DNA of 64,000 nucleotides from an uncultured Gammaproteobacteria bacterium (lineage in GTDB: Bacteria; Patescibacteriota; Microgenomatia; UBA10105; UBA927), in NCBI GenBank assembly GCA_964449585.1, contig CAYUZE010000002.1:116833-180832 (forward strand), given 5' to 3'. Shown here in pieces: positions 19,127 to 31,289 of the stretch. The notes beneath the pieces are model-generated. The model was given only the letters and a program-made list of their open reading frames with translations, did not search any database and was not told the DNA's origin. How positions within the stretch are numbered: position 1 is the stretch's first letter; every line of letters begins with the position of its first letter. The position numbers were made by a program, and so were the translations under genes.

Positions 19127-20059
19127 ATGTTGCATATATCGCTTGCGGCAGAACGACTCTGGACAGTCTATGGACTGTCCATTTCTAATTCGCTTTTGAC
19201 GACCTTCATCGTCATGGCGATACTCATCATTTTCTCCGTTTTGGCCACCCGCAATATGAAAATGATTCCCGGTAACCTTCAGCTTTTGGCTGAGATGCTG
19301 GTCGGAGGGCTCTATGACTTTTTCTCCGCCATTGCCGGCAAGCATGTAAAACAGTTTTTCCCCTTAGTTGCGACATTTTTTCTGTTTATTCTGATTGCCA
19401 ACTGGGTGGGTCTTCTCCCCGGTGTGGGTACCATCGGCTATTTCCGCACCGAAGAGACTGCGGAAGCGGCGCATGAAACGGTACCTTCCGCCGAAACGGC
19501 GCCGGTCGTCGTTGAGGATTCCCACGCTCCCGCAAAGGTCGTTGAAGACACCCATGAAGAGCCGACCGCCGATGCCACCCATGCGGAATCCACCACTGCG
19601 GCTACCGCGAGTGCAGAGAACGGTCACGGAGGACCGAAATTTGTTCCGCTGTTCCGTGCCGCCACCGCGGATTTGAATCTGACGCTTGCGCTTGCCATCA
19701 TTTCGGTACTGGCCATGCAGTACTACGGGTTTAAGAATTTGGGATTCCATTATTCCTCTAGGTTTATTAACTTTAAGGATCCTATTATGTTCGGAGTAGG
19801 CATTTTGGAGCTTGCTTCCGATATCTCGAAGGTAGTGTCGTTTGCCTTCCGTTTGTTCGGAAACATCTTTGCCGGCGAGGTGTTGCTTGCCGTTTTGGCA
19901 TTTTTGATTCCGTTCGTCGTGCCGCTCCCGTTCTTGATGATGGAACTTTTTGTAGGCGTCGTTCAGGCGCTCGTGTTCTCCATGCTTTCGACCGCATTCT
20001 TTAACGTTGCCGTATCACATGGCGAGGAAGAGCATGCGGAAGCCGCACATGCGGCATGA
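19127..20059 (+). CDS. atpB: ATP synthase Fo subunit a
   Basis: NWVGLLPG, TADLNLT, SFAFRLFGNIFAGE, QALVF; carries a ~60-aa low-complexity insertion. Confidence 0.95.
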   Translation: MLHISLAAERLWTVYGLSISNSLLTTFIVMAILIIFSVLATRNMKMIPGNLQLLAEMLVGGLYDFFSAIAGKHVKQFFPLVATFFLFILIANWVGLLPGVGTIGYFRTEETAEAAHETVPSAETAPVVVEDSHAPAKVVEDTHEEPTADATHAESTTAATASAENGHGGPKFVPLFRAATADLNLTLALAIISVLAMQYYGFKNLGFHYSSRFINFKDPIMFGVGILELASDISKVVSFAFRLFGNIFAGEVLLAVLAFLIPFVVPLPFLMMELFVGVVQALVFSMLSTAFFNVAVSHGEEEHAEAAHAA

Positions 20060-20154
20060 TGATGCATATTGCATCAAGGCTATTTGCGGGTATACTTATA
20101 AACAAATAAAGCGGGATATAACAGTTCCGCAAACAAAAAGGAGGTGAGTTACCA

Positions 20155-20382
20155 ATGGAAGAAGCAGTTGTAAAAACAATCATGATGGGTGCAACCGTTG
20201 CACTCGGAGGTATCGGGCCGGCAATCGCCATCGGCGCCCTTACCGGAAAAGCACTTGAAGCCATGGGTCGAAACCCGGAAGCCGCAGGTGAAATCCGAAC
20301 GAGTATGATTTTGGGCGTGGCTTTTGCTGAAGCTATCGCTATTTACTCACTCGTCGTCGCCCTTATTATCAAATTTGTATAA
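20155..20382 (+). CDS. atpE: ATP synthase Fo subunit c
   Basis: GRNPEA loop and FAEAIAIY; SD GGAGGTGA. Confidence 0.97.
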   Translation: MEEAVVKTIMMGATVALGGIGPAIAIGALTGKALEAMGRNPEAAGEIRTSMILGVAFAEAIAIYSLVVALIIKFV

Positions 20383-20393
20383 CGAAAGGATCC

Positions 20394-20912
20394 ATGGATA
20401 AGCTAGGTATTGAACCAACATTATTGGGAGCTCAGGTCATCAACTTTTTGGTGATCCTTTTTGTGCTCCAAAAATTACTGTACAAGCCGATCCTTTCGAT
20501 GCTCGAAAAGAGGAAAAAGGAAATAGCGGAGGGTGTAGAGCTCACGGCCAAAATGAGGGAAGAGGAAGAAAAACTCAAAGCCGGCCATGAGAAAGCACTC
20601 GCCAAGGCCCGTGAAGATGCGTTAGGCATTATCGAAGATGCCAAGAAACAAGCCAAGGAAACCGAAAAGGAGCTTGTTGTTGAAGCGCATAAACAGGCGG
20701 AAGCTATCCTTGCCCGGGCAAAAGTTGAAGCAGAGGAAACAAAGAAAGCGGCCAAAGCGGACATATCCCGTGAGGCGGTTGAGCTTGCTGTCGTCATGGC
20801 CAAGCGGGTTCTCTCGCAGGTCATGGGCGCCAAAGAACAGCATGCCCTTATCGCCAAGCGCATAAAGGATCTGGAGAGCTGGGCCGTCCGAGAGGAGAAG
20901 AAATCCGCATAA
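20394..20912 (+). CDS. atpF: ATP synthase Fo subunit b
   Basis: QVINFLVILFVL..LLYKPI..MLEKRK followed by coiled coil. Confidence 0.93.
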   Translation: MDKLGIEPTLLGAQVINFLVILFVLQKLLYKPILSMLEKRKKEIAEGVELTAKMREEEEKLKAGHEKALAKAREDALGIIEDAKKQAKETEKELVVEAHKQAEAILARAKVEAEETKKAAKADISREAVELAVVMAKRVLSQVMGAKEQHALIAKRIKDLESWAVREEKKSA

Positions 20913-20930
20913 GCGGATCAAGGTATTCCT

Positions 20931-21290
20931 ATGAAATCTGTTTCCAAAGATGCCCGAGGATTTGTAGAAGGGGTCATGTCACACTTGAAGCAAAGCGGCA
21001 AAGTCCGTGACGTATCTCCCAAGGTGCAGTCATTGCTGATAAAAATGTCGAACAGTGCCAAACACGAGCACCGGGCGACGGTAGAATCAGCGGTGAAACT
21101 CACTTCCGCGGAGCTACAGAGTATTGCGCGCATGCTTGCAAAGCTTTCGGGACATGAAGTAAGCATTACCAGTGTGGTGACCCCCTCGATTATCGGAGGC
21201 ATCCGTATCACCATGGCGGATTGGGTGATGGACACCAGTGTCCGCAATCAATTAGACGCCATGGCATCTATCGTCACCGTTTCGTCATAA
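20931..21290 (+). CDS. atpH: ATP synthase delta subunit (short form)
   Basis: C-terminal delta domain VESAVKL...PSIIGGIRI...[10 protein letters not shown]; position in operon. Confidence 0.85.
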   Translation: MKSVSKDARGFVEGVMSHLKQSGKVRDVSPKVQSLLIKMSNSAKHEHRATVESAVKLTSAELQSIARMLAKLSGHEVSITSVVTPSIIGGIRITMADWVMDTSVRNQLDAMASIVTVSS

Positions 21291-21294
21291 ACCT

Positions 21295-22803
21295 ATGAAA
21301 ACAAGCGCCGCATCACTTATTGCCAAAGAACTCGTTAAAAAGCTGGAAAGCTATGAATCCGGTGTTTCAGCCCGTCGCGTAGGGTACATCACGACGCTCG
21401 CTGATGGTGTGGCAAAAGCGTCCGGTCTTCCGGGAGCAAAATACTTGGAAGTGGTGACGTTTGCAAACGGAGTTGAAGGTGTCGTCGTCAACCTTGAGGA
21501 AGACGAAGTCGGCATCATCGTCCTGGGCGATTATCTGACGCTTAAAGAAGGTGATGAAGTCAAAAGTACCGGTGCCCTGCTTTCCGTTCCGGTTGGCGAG
21601 GCATTGTTGGGACGCGTGATCAATCCGTTGGGAGAACTCGTGGACGGCAAAGGGAAGGCAACTTTAAAGACCAAGTATCCCATGGAGCACATCGCTTCCG
21701 GTGTCGTTCATCGGCAGGCGGTAACGACCCCGCTTCAGACCGGTATCAAGGCAATCGATGCCATGATTCCGATCGGTCGCGGACAACGAGAACTTATTAT
21801 CGGTGACCGCTCCACGGGAAAAACGGCCATCGCCGTCGACACGATCATCAACCAAAAAGGCGAAGACGTAATCTGTATCTATATCGCCATCGGGCAGAAA
21901 ACTTCCCGGGTCGCTCAAGTGATCGCGGATCTGGAAAAGCACAACGCCATGGCGCACACCATTATCGTGGCCGCCACGTCCAGTGATCCGGTCACGTATC
22001 AGTATCTTGCCCCGTATGCGGGGTGTGCGATCGGTGAATACTTCATGGACAAAGGCAAGGATGTGTTAGTCATCTACGACGACTTGTCAAAGCACGCATG
22101 GGCATATCGCCAGATATCCCTGACGCTTCGCCGGCCCTCCGGTCGTGAGGCATATCCGGGAGATGTCTTTTACCTTCACAGTCGATTGCTTGAGCGTGCA
22201 TGTCGGCTTTCTGAAGCCAAGGGCGGCGGATCGATCACCGCCCTTCCCATCATCGAAACACAGGCAGGAGACATGTCCGCCTATATTCCGACCAACGTCA
22301 TTTCGATTACCGACGGACAGATTTATCTTGAATCCGATCTTTTCAATGCGGGACAACGACCTGCAGTCAACGTCGGACTCTCGGTATCCCGCGTCGGAGG
22401 AAGCGCGCAGATTAAGGCCATGAAGAAAGTGTCCGGGAATCTTCGCTTGGATCTCGCACAATTTCGTGATCTTGCGGCATTTGCACAATTTGCCTCCGAT
22501 GTAGATGAGGTAACCAAAAAGCAGATTGCCCGCGGGAGCCGCATGATGGAACTCCTAAAACAGGGACAGTTCCAGCCGGTGCCCGTTACCCAGCAGGTTG
22601 CGATCATGTGGGCGGGAAGCAAAGGATATCTTGATGAAGTGCCGGTGAATCGGGTAACGGAATTTGAAAAACAATTCCTGACCTATCTTGCGGCGAGACA
22701 TAAAAAGACGCTTACCGCTATCGCCAAAGAGAAAGTGCTTACTCCGGAAATTGAAAAAGGGTTGGAAACGGCAATAAACGAGTTTGCAAAATCCTTTAAA
22801 TAA
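21295..22803 (+). CDS. atpA: ATP synthase F1 alpha subunit
   Basis: [40 protein letters not shown]. Confidence 0.98.
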   Translation: MKTSAASLIAKELVKKLESYESGVSARRVGYITTLADGVAKASGLPGAKYLEVVTFANGVEGVVVNLEEDEVGIIVLGDYLTLKEGDEVKSTGALLSVPVGEALLGRVINPLGELVDGKGKATLKTKYPMEHIASGVVHRQAVTTPLQTGIKAIDAMIPIGRGQRELIIGDRSTGKTAIAVDTIINQKGEDVICIYIAIGQKTSRVAQVIADLEKHNAMAHTIIVAATSSDPVTYQYLAPYAGCAIGEYFMDKGKDVLVIYDDLSKHAWAYRQISLTLRRPSGREAYPGDVFYLHSRLLERACRLSEAKGGGSITALPIIETQAGDMSAYIPTNVISITDGQIYLESDLFNAGQRPAVNVGLSVSRVGGSAQIKAMKKVSGNLRLDLAQFRDLAAFAQFASDVDEVTKKQIARGSRMMELLKQGQFQPVPVTQQVAIMWAGSKGYLDEVPVNRVTEFEKQFLTYLAARHKKTLTAIAKEKVLTPEIEKGLETAINEFAKSFK

Positions 22804-22811
22804 CATACGGT

Positions 22812-25084
<2,273 letters not shown>

Positions 25085-25087
25085 TCT

Positions 25088-25519
25088 ATGAATCAGTTCC
25101 TTCTGGATGTCATCACGCCACAGCGGAAAGCATTCTCCGAACAGGTGGATTCGGTTTCCGTGCCGACGCCCGACGGGACGATCGAAGTGCTCGCCAAGCA
25201 TGAGCCGCTGTTTACCCAATTAGCGGAAGGGGAAGTGAAGATTACCGCCAAGGGCAAGGAATTTTATCTGGCGATCGGCGGAGGATTTATGGAAGTTCGT
25301 CCCAAAGGGGAAGTGACCATCCTTGTTTCCCGTGCGGTACATGCCGATGAAATCAACGAATCCGAGATCAAAAAGGCCATGGATTCCGCAAAAGATCTGA
25401 TTGCACGGAAAGCCAAAGGTGAAGAATTAGCGGCGGCTATAGCCGTATTGCACCGCACGATGTTGGAGCTCAAGGTCAGCAAAAGGAAACACAAAGCCTC
25501 ACCGTTTAGGACGCAATAA
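25088..25519 (+). CDS. atpC: ATP synthase F1 epsilon subunit
   Basis: LDVITP...GTIEVLAKHEP...GGGFMEV. Confidence 0.93.
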   Translation: MNQFLLDVITPQRKAFSEQVDSVSVPTPDGTIEVLAKHEPLFTQLAEGEVKITAKGKEFYLAIGGGFMEVRPKGEVTILVSRAVHADEINESEIKKAMDSAKDLIARKAKGEELAAAIAVLHRTMLELKVSKRKHKASPFRTQ

Positions 25520-25567
25520 TCCTTCCCCGTTGACAAGATACTTTTCATTTGTGCTATACTTTCACAA

Positions 25568-26086
25568 ATGACCGTATCAGACATCATGTCCAGAGATGTC
25601 ATGACCGTAACCCCTGATACATCCTATCGAGATGTCTGGAAAAAGATTTTCTCCACACACTGGCACACCGTTCCCGTCGTTGATAGCCAAAACAAGTTAG
25701 TCGGCATCATCACCCGCAAAGATTTACTGGCTCGGCTGTACCCGAATTATCAGGATGTATTGGAGTTTTTGGAGACGCCGCAGGATTTTGAAGCCATGGA
25801 AAGCCGGATCAAGGAACTCTCGCCGCTCAAGGTTCGGGATATCATGGTTACGACAGTTATCTTTTGCCGTGAGACGACGCTTGTTATGCGGGCGCTTTCC
25901 CGCATGATCGTCCGGCACGTGGATCAACTGCCCGTGTTAAATGACGAGGACGAAGTCGTGGGCGTCATCACCAAAGGGGACGTTTTTTACTCGCTGTTTC
26001 AGAAGAATTTTGCCCCGAAATCAGCCTCAAAATCGCCGAAATCCGCAAAAAAACCATTGAAAGCAACAAAAAAGAAGCGATCCTGA
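25568..26086 (+). CDS. CBS domain pair protein
   Basis: VSDIMS...PVVD...LVGIITRKD and VRDIM...LPVL...VVGVITKGD; Lys-rich tail. Confidence 0.9.
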   Translation: MTVSDIMSRDVMTVTPDTSYRDVWKKIFSTHWHTVPVVDSQNKLVGIITRKDLLARLYPNYQDVLEFLETPQDFEAMESRIKELSPLKVRDIMVTTVIFCRETTLVMRALSRMIVRHVDQLPVLNDEDEVVGVITKGDVFYSLFQKNFAPKSASKSPKSAKKPLKATKKKRS

Positions 26087-26125
26087 TACATTTCTGCCCT
26101 GCCTACCGTGAAAAACGGAGAAATA

Positions 26126-26154
26126 TTGACGGGGAGGGTTTTTTTTGGTATCTT
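26126..26154 (+). promoter_or_regulatory. Sigma70-type promoter of pyrG (probably leaderless)
   Basis: TTGACG-17 nt-TATCTT, 5 nt before the ATG. Confidence 0.6.
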
Positions 26155-26159
26155 AAACC

Positions 26160-27842
26160 ATGCACCCTACAGGAACCAAGTATATTTTTGTTTCGGGCGG
26201 TGTGCTCTCCGGATTAGGAAAGGGCGTTACCGCCGCCTCCATTGGATACCTCCTTCAGGCAAGAGGCTACAAAGTCACCTCCGTCAAATTTGAAAACTAC
26301 CTCAATCTCGACTCCGGTCTTATTAATCCTATCGAACACGGTGATCCGTTCTTGTGTGACGATGGTACCGAAGCAGATATGGACATGGGCACATACGAGA
26401 AGTTCCTCGGGAAAAATGTCTATCGGCACAACTTTGTGACCATGGGACAGATATACACCGCCGTTATCGGTCGGGAACGGAATTTCGAGTACAAAGGGGA
26501 AGACGTCGAGGCGATCCCGCACATCACCGATGAGATTTTGCGTCGCATGGATGAAGCGGCAAAGAAGGATGATGCCGAGATTGTGGTAATTGAGCTCGGG
26601 GGTACTGCCGGTGAGTACCAAAACATGCTCTACTATGAAGCATCCCGCATATTAAAAACCGTCAAAAAAGCGCCGGTCGTGCATGTGCACGTAAGCTACC
26701 TGCCGACGCCGCATCACTTGGGTGAACCCAAAACAAAGCCCACACAGTTATCCGTAAAATTCCTGCTTTCGATGGGAATTCAACCCGACTTCATCGTATG
26801 CCGCGGCGAAAAAGCCATCGACATCCGTAGGCGTGAACGGCTTGCGATGTTTTGTAACGTTGAGCCGGAAAACGTGATCAATAACCCCGACGAGGAAACG
26901 CCGTATGCGGTTCCTCAGACCTTTGAGGAACAGCAGTTTGCCCAAAAAATCCTTGCCATGTTCGGGCTTCCCGATCGCGCGGTAGCGATGGACGGTTGGA
27001 CAAAACTCCTGGAACGGGTGAAGGAAAGCAAAAAGAAATCAATCGAAGTTGCCATTGTCGGCAAGTACTTCGGTACCGGGGATTATGAACTTCGTGATTC
27101 GTATGCCGCGCTGATGGATTCGCTCGATCATGCCGGATGGGCGGAAGGAGTGACGGTCAAAACCCGCTGGGTGAACTCCGAAAAGATCGAAAAAGGCGAA
27201 GCTCCCGAAAAATTGCTTGCCGGGGTGGCGGGCGTTATTGTTCCTATCGGATGGGGAGCAAGAGGTGTGGAAGGCATGTTAAAGGCTATCCGCTATGCGA
27301 GGGAAAACAAAATCCCGTATCTCGGTCTTTGCTACGGAATGCAACTTGCCGTTGTGGAATACGCACGGAACGTGCTGAAACTTGAAGGTGCCAATACCAC
27401 GGAATGCGATGAAAACACGAAATATCCCGTGATCCATATGAATCCGATGCAGGAAGAGAACCAAAAACGCCGTGCGTACGGCGGCACCATGCGCCTCGGC
27501 AGGTGGGAATGCAAGGTAACGGAAGGTTCGCTTGCCGACCAGAGTTACCGTGAATTTTCAGGCTATAGCGATCCCGCAAACCGCACCGTGTGGGAGCGTC
27601 ATCGCCATCGCTATGAATTTAACGACGATTTCACCAAGCAGTTGGAAGAGAAGGGATTGGTGTTTTCGGGTCGATCAATCGTCGAAAATCTGGCGGAAAT
27701 TATCGAACTGCCGACCAATGTTCACCCGTTCTTTTTGGGAACGCAATATCATCCCGAATACCGTTCACGGCCGCTCGAACCGCATCCGTTGTTCATAAGC
27801 TATGTCCGCGCTTGTATCAAAGCCTCCGGAATGGTAAAATAA
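26160..27842 (+). CDS. pyrG: CTP synthase
   Basis: KYIFVSGGVLSGLGKG, KTKPTQ, GLCYGMQ, ERHRHRYE, QYHPE. Confidence 0.97.
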   Translation: MHPTGTKYIFVSGGVLSGLGKGVTAASIGYLLQARGYKVTSVKFENYLNLDSGLINPIEHGDPFLCDDGTEADMDMGTYEKFLGKNVYRHNFVTMGQIYTAVIGRERNFEYKGEDVEAIPHITDEILRRMDEAAKKDDAEIVVIELGGTAGEYQNMLYYEASRILKTVKKAPVVHVHVSYLPTPHHLGEPKTKPTQLSVKFLLSMGIQPDFIVCRGEKAIDIRRRERLAMFCNVEPENVINNPDEETPYAVPQTFEEQQFAQKILAMFGLPDRAVAMDGWTKLLERVKESKKKSIEVAIVGKYFGTGDYELRDSYAALMDSLDHAGWAEGVTVKTRWVNSEKIEKGEAPEKLLAGVAGVIVPIGWGARGVEGMLKAIRYARENKIPYLGLCYGMQLAVVEYARNVLKLEGANTTECDENTKYPVIHMNPMQEENQKRRAYGGTMRLGRWECKVTEGSLADQSYREFSGYSDPANRTVWERHRHRYEFNDDFTKQLEEKGLVFSGRSIVENLAEIIELPTNVHPFFLGTQYHPEYRSRPLEPHPLFISYVRACIKASGMVK

Positions 27843-27860
27843 GCTTCTTGACTGACTCCT

Positions 27861-28271
27861 ATGGCAAATCACATTGTTTGGACCGGTAAAGATGGTGACA
27901 AGGAATTGACCGCTGACATGCACGTCGGCGATACCGTTCGCGTGCACTACAAGCTTATCGAAAAGGAAAAAGTTTCCGGCAAAACCAAGCGCGAGGTTAA
28001 AGAAGAAACCCGCGAGCGCATCCAGGTATTTGAGGGAATCGTTATCGCCATCAAGGGAAGTAATGAAAACGCCATGTTCACCGTACGGAAAATGGGCGCG
28101 GCCGCCGTCGGTATCGAACGTATTTTCCCGGTGATTTCTCCGTGGATTCGAAAAATTGAGATTAAGAAACACGGTGCCGTCAAGCGCGCAAAGCTGTATT
28201 ATCTGCGCGGCAAGATCGGACGAGATGCAACCCGCATTGCCGAAGCAACCAAACCCCAGGCCGCAAAGTAA
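27861..28271 (+). CDS. rplS: 50S ribosomal protein L19
   Basis: GDTVRVH, RIQVFEGIVI, FTVRK...GIERIFP, VKRAKLYYLR. Confidence 0.95.
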   Translation: MANHIVWTGKDGDKELTADMHVGDTVRVHYKLIEKEKVSGKTKREVKEETRERIQVFEGIVIAIKGSNENAMFTVRKMGAAAVGIERIFPVISPWIRKIEIKKHGAVKRAKLYYLRGKIGRDATRIAEATKPQAAK

Positions 28272-28620
28272 CATAGGCCTTCTCGGCGAGTCGCTCGCCG
28301 TTTCGTATCTTCAAAAAAAATCCTACATCATCCTTGCCCGGAATTATCGCGGCGGAAAAGGCGAGATCGATATCGTAGCCCTGGATCGGGGAACGCTGGT
28401 ATTTGTCGAGGTGAAAACCCGTACGTCCGAGCATTACGGGAGTCCCAAAGAGGCGGTTACCAAGCGGAAAATCGCCGAGATCATCCGTACCGGGCAGTAC
28501 TATTGTCAGAAATATCCGAATACGCCAAGGTCGCTCCGTATTGATGTGATCGCCGTGCTTCTTGATCCGGTGACCCATGCGATGATTGCGCTGGAGCATA
28601 TCCCGAATGTAACGGGTTAA
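28225..28620 (+). CDS. yraN: YraN family endonuclease-fold protein
   Basis: GE..A..YL...Y.ILARNYR...GEIDIVA...LVFVEVKTR, RIDVIAV; start overlaps the 3' end of rplS. Confidence 0.88.
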   Translation: MQPALPKQPNPRPQSNIGLLGESLAVSYLQKKSYIILARNYRGGKGEIDIVALDRGTLVFVEVKTRTSEHYGSPKEAVTKRKIAEIIRTGQYYCQKYPNTPRSLRIDVIAVLLDPVTHAMIALEHIPNVTG

Positions 28621-29312
28621 TGTACACGGTAAGTGCGTTTTTCCTGTTCGTTTTTTGCCCGCATATCCATCGCCCAAATCTTTTTTTGGGTTTTATAAAT
28701 ACTCATGATGAGGTAAAAAATGTTGGCACCGAAAAATATAAGAAGCAGGGGGACAAAGATAATCCGGTCGAGAAATATAAGCATCGTGTTGAGGACAATA
28801 ACGAGTACGCGGAACTCCGACGGTCCCACCCCTTCGTTTGATACCTCAAACTGCCCGGTGACGCCAAAATAGAGCACGATATGGACAAAGTAGGCCGCAC
28901 TGATGGTCAATACCACAAACAGGATGTATTTGTACTCATAGGGGGTGAGGAACCAATAGCTGATGACGATGGCGCATAAAAAGAGATAATCCAGAAAATG
29001 ATCCATATAAAATCCCCACTTAATGAGTCCCGTATTTTTAGCGCGTCCCACCTCTCCGTCGAGGCGGTCGGTGACATATTGTCCGAAGACCCCGAGAGAC
29101 ATGAGCCAGAGGTAATTGATGTTTTGGATGGCCAGGTAGCCGCTTAATAAAATAAGGGCGATCCAGAAAAGGGTAGAAAGCGTCAAATGATAGGTCTCGA
29201 GCCAGGGAGGAAGAAAGGGGAGTATTTTGACGACGAGCGCGTCTTCGAGAGATTTGAGAAACCAGGTGCCCCGTTTATCGGCAAAACGGTTAAAACGCTT
29301 CTTGAGCAACAT
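28617..29312 (-). CDS. CDP-alcohol phosphatidyltransferase family protein
   Basis: DRLDGEVGR...WGFYMDHFLD signature; multiple TMs. Confidence 0.87.
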   Translation of the reverse strand: MLLKKRFNRFADKRGTWFLKSLEDALVVKILPFLPPWLETYHLTLSTLFWIALILLSGYLAIQNINYLWLMSLGVFGQYVTDRLDGEVGRAKNTGLIKWGFYMDHFLDYLFLCAIVISYWFLTPYEYKYILFVVLTISAAYFVHIVLYFGVTGQFEVSNEGVGPSEFRVLVIVLNTMLIFLDRIIFVPLLLIFFGANIFYLIMSIYKTQKKIWAMDMRAKNEQEKRTYRVH

Positions 29313-29392
29313 ACTCGTATCATACGCCAAACCAGGCCGCTAAGGTACGGGGAAAATGGCTTCATGGTGCGATTATTGGTATAATATGGGGT

Positions 29393-30139
29393 ATGAATTG
29401 GGAACTTGCCCTCCGATTACTGGTTCCCGTCGTTGCCGCTTTCGGCGTCAATATTGTTATTGAGCGGGTGGTCCGGGTGCCAAAAAACCTGCAATCCTCC
29501 CGTACGACGACCTATCTATCTGTCTTAAAAAGCTTGCTTACCGTGTTGGTCTATGTCGTTGCAGGCTACTATGTGCTGACCACCCTCAAGATCAACATGA
29601 CGCCGTTGTTTGCCTCGGCGGGAGTTTTGGGTTTGGTCATCGGTTTGGGGCTTCGGTCATTTATCGAAGATTTCTTTACCGGAATATTTATCCTCACCGA
29701 AGACACGATTCGTGTGGGAGATTATGTGGAAATAGCGGGAAGCGAAGGGGTAACCGAATCATTGGGTCTTCGTACCGTCAGGTTACGTGACAAAAACGGG
29801 GCAATCCATATATTCCCGAACCGTGAGATTAAGAAGATTATCAATTATTCCAAGCGAGGCGCCCGCGTGATTGTGGATATTCCGATAAAAACGAACCAAC
29901 CCCTTGAGAGCGCAGAAGTAGCGCTTACTGCGGCGCTTACTACCCTTCGCAAGCATAAAACCATGGGACAATACGTGCATGAAAATTCCCGGGTCGAAGG
30001 AGTAGAGGCAATTAATCCCGGCAGTATCGTGCTCCGCACACTTATCCTTACCCGGGCTACCGACCGATGGAATGCGGCACGAGCATTTCGCAAACTTGCC
30101 CTTTCGGAATTGGCGAAGGCAAAAGTCCTTCTTGCCTAA
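29393..30139 (+). CDS. Small-conductance mechanosensitive channel (MscS family)
   Basis: ASAGVLGLVIGLG...DFFTGIFIL.ED.IRVGDYV...IFPN. Confidence 0.92.
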   Translation: MNWELALRLLVPVVAAFGVNIVIERVVRVPKNLQSSRTTTYLSVLKSLLTVLVYVVAGYYVLTTLKINMTPLFASAGVLGLVIGLGLRSFIEDFFTGIFILTEDTIRVGDYVEIAGSEGVTESLGLRTVRLRDKNGAIHIFPNREIKKIINYSKRGARVIVDIPIKTNQPLESAEVALTAALTTLRKHKTMGQYVHENSRVEGVEAINPGSIVLRTLILTRATDRWNAARAFRKLALSELAKAKVLLA

Positions 30140-30177
30140 CTTATTATTTGGAATTACCCTGGGAATGGAGGTAACCT

Positions 30178-30618
30178 ATGATGCAATTTTCCCCGCTCAC
30201 GTACTTCGGGTATATCAAAAAGGAAGACGCAAAAGAACTTATCAAACGACGAAGCATCGTTTCGTGGATTTTTGCCGGAGCGCTCGCCCTCATTTTCGGT
30301 ATTTTAGAGTTCATGGTAACGCCTCGTCTCACGGCGATGTACCAGGATTTCGGCATGGAGCTTCCGGCATATGCAAACCCGACAATGCGTGCTGTCGTGT
30401 TTGTCGTCGTCATTTTCGCTATTTTGGCGCTTCGCCCCGAATCGGAAAGCGTCCTGGATGAAAAACTTCGCCAGTACAAAACAGGCGAGATGATTATGAT
30501 CAGTAAGCTTGTCGATTATAAGTACGAAATGGGGCTTTTCTTTCTCCTGCTTTCCGCAATGGGATTTATTATCTTTTCGATAATTCTTCCCGTCTATAAC
30601 CTCACCGCCGCCATATAG
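30178..30618 (+). CDS. Membrane protein resembling the TM core of PilC/GspF
   Basis: Three TMs; VTPRLTAMYQDFGMELP and GFIIFSIILPVYNL resemble PilC membrane segments. Confidence 0.55.
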   Translation: MMQFSPLTYFGYIKKEDAKELIKRRSIVSWIFAGALALIFGILEFMVTPRLTAMYQDFGMELPAYANPTMRAVVFVVVIFAILALRPESESVLDEKLRQYKTGEMIMISKLVDYKYEMGLFFLLLSAMGFIIFSIILPVYNLTAAI

Positions 30619-30620
30619 CA

Positions 30621-31256
30621 TTAGTGCCAGGGGTATTCTGGACACAAGTCCCCAAGCGGACAGTCGGAGCAATCATGCGGGCGTGCAGTACAGATATGAC
30701 GTCCGTGAAGGGTGATAAGATGCCCGAAATCGATCCAGTATTCACGCGGTAACATCGCCATGAGTTCCGCTTCGATCTTTACGGGATCTTTCGATGTCGT
30801 CAGTCCCAGTTTGTTCGTGAGCCGAATCCCATGGGTATCGATAACAATCCCTTCCGCAATACCGAATGCGCTTCCTAATATGACGTTTGCGGTCTTTCGG
30901 GCAACACCGGGGAGGGCATCCAGTTCTTCCATGGTTTTGGGCATGACGCCGCCGTATTTTTCAACGAGCATTTCTGAAGCCGCTTTGATGTTTTTTGCCT
31001 TATTGGCGTGGAAGTTTATTTTGATCGTGAGCCTGTCGATGTCGGAGACTTCCGCTTTTGCCATCGCCTGCGGGGTGGGGTATTTGGCAAACAGTGCGGG
31101 GGTCACCTGATTTACCAGTTTGTCGGTACATTGTGCCGAGAGAATGGTGGCTACCAGAAGCTCAAACGGATTTTTGAAATCCAGTTCGATTTTGGGATCG
31201 GGCATGAATTTCTTCAGCCGTTTGTATATTTCGAGCGCTTTTTCCTGTTTTGTCAT
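30621..31256 (-). CDS. nth: Endonuclease III
   Basis: LLVATILSAQCTD, LPGVARKTANV, IDTH, C-x6-C-x2-C-x5-C. Confidence 0.96.
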   Translation of the reverse strand: MTKQEKALEIYKRLKKFMPDPKIELDFKNPFELLVATILSAQCTDKLVNQVTPALFAKYPTPQAMAKAEVSDIDRLTIKINFHANKAKNIKAASEMLVEKYGGVMPKTMEELDALPGVARKTANVILGSAFGIAEGIVIDTHGIRLTNKLGLTTSKDPVKIEAELMAMLPREYWIDFGHLITLHGRHICTARPHDCSDCPLGDLCPEYPWH

Positions 31257-31289
31257 AGGGTGACAGATATCACTGTACCATATCGGCGG

